A DNA stretch of 64,000 nucleotides, from NCBI GenBank assembly GCA_913062605.1, contig CAJXWQ010000002.1, forward strand, positions 4,761 to 68,760, given 5' to 3'. Below, one piece after another: positions 56,851 to 64,000 of this stretch. This DNA comes from an uncultured Cellvibrionales bacterium. GTDB taxonomy: Bacteria > Pseudomonadota > Gammaproteobacteria > Pseudomonadales > Porticoccaceae. Positions within the stretch are counted from its first letter, which is position 1. Every line of letters starts with the position of its first letter. The translations under genes and the position numbers were made by a program. Below the pieces are notes generated by a model that saw only the letters and a program-made list of their open reading frames with translations, did no database searches and was not told the origin of the DNA.

Positions 56851-57588
56851 ATGAGTAACCTCAAAGCTCACCTGGTTTGGGACGCGAATATCCGCTGGTT
56901 TCACTGGATTAATTTCCTATGTCTACTCGGGCTAATTGCCGTGGGTGTGGTCATCCTTAACAGTAAGACTCTCGGTGTCACCAATGAGGGGAAAATCTTA
57001 CTTAAGACAGTGCATGTTTGGATTGGCTATGTGTTCTCACTCAACCTGTTGTGGCGTCTGGTTTGGGCCTTTATTGGTGGACCCTATGCGCGATGGCGGG
57101 CAATTCTGCCCGGTGGGAAAGGCTATATGAGTGAAGCCTGTGACTACATCGGTGACGTCAAAGCCGGGCGTCCACGTCAGTATCTCGGCCACAACCCCAT
57201 TGGGCGCATCGCCGTTACCCTGCTACTTTTTCTGTTACTCGTACAAGCCATCACAGGGCTGATGCTGGCCGGTACGGATCTGTTCTACCCACCCATCGGT
57301 TCATGGATTGCTAGCTGGATAGCCAGCTCTGGAGTTGATCCAGCGACACTCGTACCCTATGCAAAGGAAATGTATGACGAGACAGCCTATGAGGCGATGC
57401 GGGCCTTCCGTAAACCCGTGATTACCATTCACTACTACAATTTCTTCGTGCTTCTCAGCATTATCCTGATACATATTCTCGCTGTCGTCGTGACCGAACT
57501 ACGTGAAGGAGGAAACCTGATCTCAGCGATGTTTTCGGGTAAGAAGATACTGAGAGAACTATCGGCTGAGCACACAAAAGATGATTGA
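56851..57588 (+). CDS. Cytochrome b-type membrane protein (Ni/Fe-hydrogenase b-type cytochrome subunit / cytochrome b561 family)
   Basis: 245 aa. Four hydrophobic helices with conserved His (RWFHWINF, TVHVWIGY, YLGHNPIG, HYYNF...HILAV). Confidence 0.75.
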   Translation: MSNLKAHLVWDANIRWFHWINFLCLLGLIAVGVVILNSKTLGVTNEGKILLKTVHVWIGYVFSLNLLWRLVWAFIGGPYARWRAILPGGKGYMSEACDYIGDVKAGRPRQYLGHNPIGRIAVTLLLFLLLVQAITGLMLAGTDLFYPPIGSWIASWIASSGVDPATLVPYAKEMYDETAYEAMRAFRKPVITIHYYNFFVLLSIILIHILAVVVTELREGGNLISAMFSGKKILRELSAEHTKDD

Positions 57589-57660
57589 GATTCAGCAGAA
57601 GAGCTAGCGACATAGCTTCAACTCAATTAGTTGGTAAACCAACCTATCAAACCCACCAAG

Positions 57661-57694
57661 AAAAAAGGCTTAGAGATAGCTCTCTAAGCCTTTT
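57661..57694. terminator. Bidirectional rho-independent terminator
   Basis: AAAAAA-GGCTTAGAGA-TAGC-TCTCTAAGCC-TTTT. Perfect 10-bp stem between convergent genes. Confidence 0.85.
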
Positions 57695-57746
57695 AATATA
57701 TTTACCGCTTGGTTGCGCAGGTTTAATCACCACAGTATTCGCAACC

Positions 57747-57914
57747 TTATTTTGGGAATAAAAAAATCACCTCCAAACGAAAACCCCAGTCTTCCGTACC
57801 AAGCGTGGGTGACTCAGCCCAATGCCGGACACCACCACCAACTTGAAATAGCTGATCACCCGCTTTTAGCATTTGCATGACACTAAAATTGTATACAGAC
57901 AAAGCTCTACTCAT
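57747..57914 (-). CDS. 55-aa ORF translationally coupled to the pseudouridine synthase gene; resembles the C-terminal strands of an outer-membrane barrel (possible remnant)
   Basis: Below the track length cutoff. Reverse strand reads MSRALSVYNFSVMQMLKAGDQLFQVGGGVRHWAESPTLGTEDWGFRLEVIFLFPK. TGATG stop/start overlap at 57914. Confidence 0.25.
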   Translation of the reverse strand: MSRALSVYNFSVMQMLKAGDQLFQVGGGVRHWAESPTLGTEDWGFRLEVIFLFPK

Positions 57915-58627
57915 CAGGCCCTTGAAATATTAATCACTTCCCTGCCCGTTAGCGCTCTACTTTGACCTGGAGATAATGAGGGGTCTAACGATAAGTTACC
58001 GATAGCAATGCGGTGCAGTGTTAATACCTCATTATCAAACTGCCCAAACATTCGTTTAATCTGGTGGTAGCGCCCTTCCATAAGGCTCACCTCAGCCACA
58101 TAATCAGAAACAATGTGCAGTTTCACTGGCCGAGTGGTTATATCTTCAAAAGGAAAATACATCCCGTCAGAAAATGCCTGAATATAGGCTTCTGTCACCG
58201 GCTTCTCCAGGGTGACCCGATACAGCTTGGCAATGTTATTTTCCGGAGTTGTCAGTTGCCTTGACCACCGACCATCATTCGTGAGTAATAATAACCCCGA
58301 GGAATTAAAGTCCAGTCGTCCCACAATATGTAAATGGTGACGATCTGGTCTGTCCAGTAGATCAATCACTGTTTTGTGCTGTTCATCCTTGGTGGCGCTC
58401 ACCACACCGGTTGGTTTATTCATCATCACATAACTAGGGGTATTGTCCTGCAACACCTGGTCATCCAGTGTCACATGGGAGAACTTGTCGATTACATGGT
58501 TTATATCAGTGGCGGGAGAGCCATCCACAACAATACGCTTCTGAGCCAATAATGGCCTTACATCTCGACGGTTAATGCCCATCTGTTCGCTGATAAAACG
58601 GTCCAGCCTGGCGCGCTTTGATTGCAT
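57914..58627 (-). CDS. rsuA: RsuA-family rRNA pseudouridine synthase with S4 domain
   Basis: 237 aa. S4 N-terminus (RLDRFISEQMGINRRDV), catalytic VGRLDFNSSGLLLLTNDG, and YHQIKRMF. Confidence 0.85.
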   Translation of the reverse strand: MQSKRARLDRFISEQMGINRRDVRPLLAQKRIVVDGSPATDINHVIDKFSHVTLDDQVLQDNTPSYVMMNKPTGVVSATKDEQHKTVIDLLDRPDRHHLHIVGRLDFNSSGLLLLTNDGRWSRQLTTPENNIAKLYRVTLEKPVTEAYIQAFSDGMYFPFEDITTRPVKLHIVSDYVAEVSLMEGRYHQIKRMFGQFDNEVLTLHRIAIGNLSLDPSLSPGQSRALTGREVINISRA

Positions 58628-58651
58628 GGCTTCATGAATCCGGTGAAGTCG

Positions 58652-59071
58652 TTACTCTGTCACACTGCGCCGCAGTGCTTTGGTCTTACTCCGCAGAGCT
58701 TTGCCGTCCAAACGTCTTTTCTGAGAACCTTTCGTCGGCTTGGTTGGTCGCCTGACTTTCTGTATGACAGTAACGCTCTTAATAAGTACCTGCAGACGCT
58801 CTAGAGCATCCTCTCGGTTTTTCTCTTGAGTTCGAAACTTTTGCGCCTTGATCACAACGACACCCTCTTTACTGATACGGCGATCTCGCAAGCTTAATAG
58901 CCGTTGCTTATAAAGCTCAGCTAAAGAAGATTCATTGATATCAAAACGAAGATGAATGGCTGAAGAAACCTTATTAACATTTTGGCCACCAGCTCCCTGA
59001 GCACGGATCGCTGAAATATCAATTTCATTATCAGGAAGGGAAATAGTTGGAGTGATGATCAGCACAGCCAT
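58652..59071 (-). CDS. arfB: Alternative ribosome-rescue factor ArfB (peptidyl-tRNA hydrolase, YaeJ)
   Basis: 139 aa. GGQ motif (RAQGAGGQNVNKVSSAIHLRF) and a basic C-terminal tail. Confidence 0.92.
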   Translation of the reverse strand: MAVLIITPTISLPDNEIDISAIRAQGAGGQNVNKVSSAIHLRFDINESSLAELYKQRLLSLRDRRISKEGVVVIKAQKFRTQEKNREDALERLQVLIKSVTVIQKVRRPTKPTKGSQKRRLDGKALRSKTKALRRSVTE

Positions 59072-59077
59072 ACCTCT

Positions 59078-59129
59078 ATAGGTGTTTCTTCATAGGTGTT
59101 TCTTCATAGGTGTTCCTGACATAGGCTCC
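59078..59129. repeat. 14-bp tandem repeat ATAGGTGTTTCTTC x2 plus two degenerate units, in the arfB leader
   Basis: Direct reading of 59078-59129, between the stop of the upstream ORF (59134) and the arfB start (59071). Confidence 0.9.
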
Positions 59130-59133
59130 TTGG

Positions 59134-59388
59134 CTAGAGGGGCATATCTTCAAGTTCATGAATTAATTGCTGAATTGTGGCTTTCATATCTCTGCTAAAG
59201 GGTTTTCCTCCGCCATTTTTTAAAGCACGCTTTATGAGCTCCACCATCTCTTCTCGGACACTTTCCATCAGCTCATCCTGGTAGTTATTCATCGCAAAAT
59301 ACTCCCACTCTCGCGTTGTGTAGGATTGATCTGCTACTTTATTCAAGAAAACTAAAAGCTCTTTTTGAAGCTCTTGTTTAATATTCAT
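59134..59388 (-). CDS. Hypothetical small helical protein
   Basis: 84-aa ORF in an operon-like position. No motif recognised. Confidence 0.5.
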   Translation of the reverse strand: MNIKQELQKELLVFLNKVADQSYTTREWEYFAMNNYQDELMESVREEMVELIKRALKNGGGKPFSRDMKATIQQLIHELEDMPL

Positions 59389-59432
59389 GTATAGCGCCTT
59401 TTATCGTACAAATTATCGTGTAAATAAAATGC

Positions 59433-59645
59433 CTATGTCAGTTGTACGCGAAACTTCTCATCACCAAACTCGATAATATCGCCTGAGACTATTTTCTTTC
59501 GCTTTCTGGTTTCCACCTCGCCATTAACCAGTACCTGGCCATCATCGATAACAGCCTTTGCTGCACCGCCATTCTCGACCAAGCCTTCAAATTTCAGAAT
59601 CTTATAGAGCTCAACAGGCTCTCTGGTAATCTCAACGTCTCTCAT
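59433..59645 (-). CDS. S4-like RNA-binding protein YbcJ family
   Basis: 70 aa. VELYKILKFEGLVENGGAAKAVIDDGQVLVNGEVETRKRKKI parallels E. coli YbcJ. Confidence 0.85.
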   Translation of the reverse strand: MRDVEITREPVELYKILKFEGLVENGGAAKAVIDDGQVLVNGEVETRKRKKIVSGDIIEFGDEKFRVQLT

Positions 59646-59726
59646 ATTATTCGCTACTTATTCCAATCTCAGTGATGTCATGCCGGGGAAGCATCATTTT
59701 TAACCCTTTCATTTATAACCAGTCAC

Positions 59727-60263
59727 CTATAACAATAGATCTTCTTCGATAGGATGATAGGTGCTGGCAGCATTAATAAGGGAGCCGGCTGTAAGTGCAG
59801 GGACACCATAAACTTCGGCCTTAACCCCATAATCTTTTTTGATTTTTTCTAACAGCAGATCAAAGTCACCATCGCCCGATAACAAAATGACCGCATCAAC
59901 CTCTTTTGCCGTTTCCATCACATCAATAGCTATACCCACATCCCAATCACCTTTAGCAGAACCATCACTGCGTTGAATGTAGGGTTTAAGCTTTACTGTA
60001 AAGCCTATGTGCTTCAGGGCATCCTGGAATTTAAGCTGGCCATCATCACCCCGATGAATGGCATAGGCTGTCGCTGAAGTAACCTCACCCTCAGAGCTTA
60101 TACGTTGCCAGAGCTTTCGGTAATTAAACTGTCGACCATAAGCTTGACGGGTGGTGTAATAGATATTTTGCACATCGACAAAGATAGCGATTTTTTTCAC
60201 GATGGAGCCCACTAGCGGTTCACCTACCCAAGAGGGGTGCGACACTACAGGAGTCTGTAGCAA
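59727..60263 (-). CDS. NYN-domain (LabA-like) protein
   Basis: 178 aa. KIAIFVDVQNIYY ... VILLSGDGDF pattern. GTG at 60200 is a possible alternative start. Confidence 0.75.
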   Translation of the reverse strand: MLQTPVVSHPSWVGEPLVGSIVKKIAIFVDVQNIYYTTRQAYGRQFNYRKLWQRISSEGEVTSATAYAIHRGDDGQLKFQDALKHIGFTVKLKPYIQRSDGSAKGDWDVGIAIDVMETAKEVDAVILLSGDGDFDLLLEKIKKDYGVKAEVYGVPALTAGSLINAASTYHPIEEDLLL

Positions 60264-60537
60264 CTGTTAAGTCATGCAACCAATATCATGGAGACCACAA
60301 CCCCTACATTTGTCTATATAGAGACCTACCCGCTACCGGCTACCGGCTGAACAGCTGCCCAATCACGGGTTCATAACAGCGACACATCCAATTGGAGTAG
60401 CTGGGTAGAGGTCGCCGTCACTGATTCTGGTGGTGGAGGCGGTGGCGGCGACAAACCGTGCAGAGGTAAGAGGTGTAATCTATAACAACGAAAAGAGGCC
60501 GAAAGGCCCCTTTTTTGTCACCTCTCTACTAGCTACC

Positions 60538-60554
60538 TGCGACAATTTGTCGCA
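60538..60554. promoter_or_regulatory. Perfect 8-1-8 palindrome TGCGACAA-T-TTGTCGCA, candidate operator upstream of the His-rich OMP gene
   Basis: Direct reading. Located 64 nt upstream of ATG 60618. Confidence 0.4.
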
Positions 60555-60617
60555 CCCACATCCTCAATTATTTCTCTATGATGGCCCCTGTTTTAATTCA
60601 CATGTTGACCACTATTC

Positions 60618-61676
60618 ATGACACTTAGTAAATCGACCTTTATTGCCTCCAGTCTTATGCTTGCCTCTCTGCCAATATTGGCTGACCACCCATCATTAGG
60701 GATTAACAGCGGTTATGGCGGTGCTATCGTCGGTCAATCTGCGACGACATTACCTGAGGGGGCTTTCAGCTTTTCTATCAAGCAGGAATCTATTAAAAAC
60801 AATACATTCTCAGACAGAAAGTTGAGTGAGTTTGGTGAAGCCGGCCAGGATGTTCATAGTGTGGAATCGTTGGATGTCATCAACCTGAATGCCGCCTGGG
60901 GCTTCTCTAAAAAGCTGACCCTTGGCCTATCTCTGCCAGTCATCAGTCGTAATAACATTTCACAGGCACCGCATCATCATGAAGAGGAGCATCACGAGGA
61001 GGAAGAAGAGGAGCACCATGAAGAAAGCACCCCCTCAGCCGATTCCTTGGGGGATTCATCAGGGATTGGCGATCTGACTGCTTACGGCCAATATCAATTT
61101 TTTTCCAGCGCTGACAACCGTCGCCTGGCTGCCATCTATTTCGGGGTCAAATTACCCACAGGAAAAACTGACCAAAAAACTGATCAGGGTGAAACTTTTG
61201 AAGCCGAACATCAACCTGGTTCCGGCTCTGTAGATGGCTTGCTCGGACTATCCTACAGCCAGCATTTGAATCGTTGGTCACTGGACAGCAGCATTCTCGC
61301 CTCCTTGGCAACAGAGGGCACCCAGGACACAGATCTAGGTAATGCACTCAATTATGATCTGGCCCTGTCCCACCCGCTGATGGCCACAGGGGAATCTCAC
61401 AGCCACCATAACCACCATCACACTCCATCCTTAATTTCAGCTGCCACACTGGTATTTGAGCTGAATGGAGAGTGGCGGGACAAAGTTGATGTAGATGGAA
61501 CAACGCAGGCCCACACGGGAGGAAATCTTGTGTATCTCACTGCCGGTGTACGTGTGAACTTTGGCCAACAATGGTCAGCCACCCTGTCCGGAGGCATTCC
61601 AGTGGTCGAAAACCTAAATGGTCAGCAGTCCGACCCCAACTGGCGCGGAGGCCTAGTATTATCGCGGTCTTTCTAA
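60618..61676 (+). CDS. Outer-membrane beta-barrel protein (MetA-pathway/transporter-like family) with His/Glu-rich loops
   Basis: 352 aa. Signal peptide (SSLMLASLPILA), alternating beta-strand pattern, C-terminal ...LSRSF. Contains PHHHEEEHHEEEEEEHHEE and SHSHHNHHH insertions. Confidence 0.7.
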   Translation: MTLSKSTFIASSLMLASLPILADHPSLGINSGYGGAIVGQSATTLPEGAFSFSIKQESIKNNTFSDRKLSEFGEAGQDVHSVESLDVINLNAAWGFSKKLTLGLSLPVISRNNISQAPHHHEEEHHEEEEEEHHEESTPSADSLGDSSGIGDLTAYGQYQFFSSADNRRLAAIYFGVKLPTGKTDQKTDQGETFEAEHQPGSGSVDGLLGLSYSQHLNRWSLDSSILASLATEGTQDTDLGNALNYDLALSHPLMATGESHSHHNHHHTPSLISAATLVFELNGEWRDKVDVDGTTQAHTGGNLVYLTAGVRVNFGQQWSATLSGGIPVVENLNGQQSDPNWRGGLVLSRSF

Positions 61677-61844
61677 CCACCAAAGATCGAACTAACCGGC
61701 CTGCCGCAATAGAATACAGCTCTGCTAGTTCACTTCCAGAGAACGGTCATAAGGGTAAATCTAGCTTAAATAGCCAAAATTCAGCAATTATTCAGATTTT
61801 AGATAGACTATTAGTGTACTGATAAATTATTTGGATCAGGTGCA

Positions 61845-62705
61845 ATGGCTATTAATCTCGCTGATTTTTCAAAACGACTGGCAGCAGTTGTCGCCAGTAT
61901 CGGTCAGGAATCTCTCCCTGACCACTTGATGGTCTTTTTTAAAAAACAGGTCGATATTGATAATGCTGTTATCCTGTTTTACAACCGGGAGCATCCCCCA
62001 AAAGTCACTTATAACGATTTACCATCAGTAAACCAGTCAACCCATATCACCCTATTCTTGAAAGGAGCTTACCTGTTAGACCCCTGTTATCGAGCTGCCA
62101 GAGAGGGTTTCAATGGCTATTATCAGCTGGACCAATTGGCACCGACGGGCTTCAGAAAAAGTGAGTACTACAAAAACTATTTTCGTTATACGGGGCTCAT
62201 TGATGAGTGTGGTTATATTTTTAAATTAGGGCCGGATCACTTTCTCAATGTATCGCTTGGCCGGGACGAATCTTCACAACGCTTTAACCTGTCACAGCAA
62301 CGTTTACTCAAAGAACTCACACCGCTGATAAAGGAAATCTGCCTGGCCCATTGGCGCACTCAGGACTTCTACACTCAGAAAGACACTCACGAACATATTG
62401 GCCACAGTGAAGACAGCCTCCATACTCAACTGGAATCGGCACTAAACAGCTTTGGCACCTCTATCCTGACCGATAGAGAGTCTCAGGTAATCCAGCTTTT
62501 TCTTCATGGCCATTCGACAAAATCTATTGCTGAAAAACTGGGGATCTCACCAGAGACCGTGAAGCTACATCGTAAAAACAGTTATGCAAAACTGGATGTA
62601 CGTTCTCAGGCAGAATTGTTTTTCTTGTTTATTGATGCGCTGTCTAGCATGGATAATTACACTGGCGGCGATCCATTAACCGGTTATCTAAACCACGAAA
62701 AATAA
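61845..62705 (+). CDS. LuxR/FixJ-type HTH transcriptional regulator with an uncharacterised N-terminal domain
   Basis: 286 aa. C-terminal LTDRESQVIQLFLHGHSTKSIAEKLGISPETVKLHRKNSYAKL. Confidence 0.85.
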   Translation: MAINLADFSKRLAAVVASIGQESLPDHLMVFFKKQVDIDNAVILFYNREHPPKVTYNDLPSVNQSTHITLFLKGAYLLDPCYRAAREGFNGYYQLDQLAPTGFRKSEYYKNYFRYTGLIDECGYIFKLGPDHFLNVSLGRDESSQRFNLSQQRLLKELTPLIKEICLAHWRTQDFYTQKDTHEHIGHSEDSLHTQLESALNSFGTSILTDRESQVIQLFLHGHSTKSIAEKLGISPETVKLHRKNSYAKLDVRSQAELFFLFIDALSSMDNYTGGDPLTGYLNHEK

Positions 62706-62850
62706 CCCCTCTCTTTTTCTTTTCTCTCAAAGATAGCAGCAACTATCTGTTAGCTGCTGCCCCTAAATTCAGCACCAACCCCAATGGGGTATACGGCCAA
62801 GAACACTAATGCCATAACCTGTGCATACCTGACCACACTACAGGTGTCTT

Positions 62851-64000
62851 ATGGCGGCTACTAACAAAGCAGGTTTCAACCAATTTGATACCAAAGCGCT
62901 AAACCAGCAAGACAAGGCGCACCTACTACACCCCTGGCAAGTCTTTGATGTGTTCAACAAAGAAGGGGCAATGCCAATTGCCGCAGGGGATGGAGCCTAT
63001 ATCTATGACAGCGATGGCAACCGATACCTTGATGCCGTTGGTGGGCTATGGTGTACCAATATCGGTTTGGGCCGTAAAGAGATGGCCGATGCCATTGCTG
63101 AGCAGGTTTGCACCATGGCTTATGCTAACCCCTTTGTGGATATGACCAATGTCCCTGCGGTTAAACTGGCGGCCAAGCTGGCCGACCTGGCGCCGGGTGA
63201 CCTGAACCATGTGATGTTTACCTGTAGTGGTTCCGCTGCGGTAGATACCGCGTTCAGACTGATACAGTTCTACCAAAACTGTCGTGGAAAACACGATAAA
63301 AAACATATTATTTCACGCAAAAATTCCTACCATGGTTCCACTTATGCTGCCATGTCCATTGGAGGAAAACCCGGTGATCACCCACCGGAATTCGACTTCA
63401 TCACAGATACCATTCACCATATTTCCACACCTAATTTTTATCGTGCAGAACAGATAAAAAATGAAAAAGAATTCCTGAATTTCTTACTCAAGGAATTGGA
63501 AGAAAAAATATTATCTATTGGACCAGAAAAAGTTGCCGCTTTTTTTGCCGAACCGGTTATGGGTGCAGGTGGCGTGATTATCCCACCCGAGGGTTATCAT
63601 CAGGGCACCTGGAAAATATGCCAGAAATACGATGTGCTTTATGTGTCCGATGAAGTGGTCACAGGTTTTGGCCGACTCGGTCACTGGTTCTGCTCTAAAG
63701 AGGTGTTTGGCATCCAACCAGACATTCTTATCACAGCCAAAGGCATCACCTCTGGCTACCTCCCGCTTGGCGCAGCCATTTACTCAGACCGCATTCATAA
63801 TGTCATCAGCGAGGAAGGTAAAGGGCGTTGCTTCAGCCACGGCTTCACCTATTCAGGCCACCCCGTTGCTTGTGCCGCTGCCTTAAAAAATATCGAGATT
63901 ATGGAACAAGAAAATATTCTCGGTCATGTAAAACACATTGCACCCTATTTCTTGACTCAACTTAAAACCCTACTGGATTTACCCATCGTGGGTGATGTCA
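62851..64000 (+). CDS. Class III pyridoxal-phosphate aminotransferase (omega-amino acid / polyamine:pyruvate type), 3' end beyond window
   Basis: Not in the track because there is no stop. ATG 62851 gives MAATNKAGFNQFDTKALNQQDKAHLLHPW...YLDAVGGLWCTNIGLGR...SGSAAVDTA...DEVVTGFGRLG...ITAKGITSGY. Confidence 0.88.
   Translation, partial: MAATNKAGFNQFDTKALNQQDKAHLLHPWQVFDVFNKEGAMPIAAGDGAYIYDSDGNRYLDAVGGLWCTNIGLGRKEMADAIAEQVCTMAYANPFVDMTNVPAVKLAAKLADLAPGDLNHVMFTCSGSAAVDTAFRLIQFYQNCRGKHDKKHIISRKNSYHGSTYAAMSIGGKPGDHPPEFDFITDTIHHISTPNFYRAEQIKNEKEFLNFLLKELEEKILSIGPEKVAAFFAEPVMGAGGVIIPPEGYHQGTWKICQKYDVLYVSDEVVTGFGRLGHWFCSKEVFGIQPDILITAKGITSGYLPLGAAIYSDRIHNVISEEGKGRCFSHGFTYSGHPVACAAALKNIEIMEQENILGHVKHIAPYFLTQLKTLLDLPIVGDV

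Overview
Gammaproteobacterial chromosome segment. The core gene order cca ... folK-folB-tsaD / rpsU-yqeY-dnaG-rpoD-tRNA(CAU) resembles Pseudomonas and Oceanospirillales-type genomes. There are three blocks.

(1) 1-19020: a minus-strand, visibly A+T-rich O-antigen/capsule-type polysaccharide locus. It holds manC, two gmd-fcl pairs, WcaI- and WcaF-like genes, several glycosyltransferases, a sulfotransferase, methyl- and acetyltransferases, Wzy-like, Wzx and Wzz. An internally deleted IS3-family remnant sits between the second gmd and wzz.

(2) 19276-35795: housekeeping genes. These are uvrA, an O-antigen-ligase-family membrane protein with an odd C-terminal domain, cca, a pteridine-reductase-like SDR, hsp20 with a sigma-32-type promoter, a DksA/TraR-type protein, an FMN hydroxyacid dehydrogenase, folK, folB, tsaD, rpsU, yqeY, dnaG and rpoD.

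(3) 35952-56630: an integration hotspot at a tRNA-Ile2-like (CAU) gene. The 3' 45-50 nt of the tRNA occurs five times in direct orientation and delimits four tandem islets. No integrase is visible in the array. Cargo by islet:
- Islet 1: an XRE regulator and a lipoprotein.
- Islet 2: TetR plus RND efflux, flanked by vsr and Ada-like pseudogenes.
- Islet 3: an attC-like cassette array (GNAT, DUF4405-like, di-heme peroxidase with an encapsulin-less EncFtn-like ferritin), a class I aldolase and a BigR-type sulfide-detoxification operon.
- Islet 4: an orphan three-gene module of a heme-oxygenase-like diiron enzyme, a SAM methyltransferase and an adenylation-carrier-hydrolase fusion. I rate this the most interesting candidate for an undescribed system.

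The right flank (56851-64000) has a cytochrome b, a pseudouridine synthase, arfB, ybcJ-like, a NYN protein, a His-rich outer-membrane barrel, a LuxR-type regulator and a partial class III aminotransferase.

All functional calls rest on motif recognition by eye. No database search was run.
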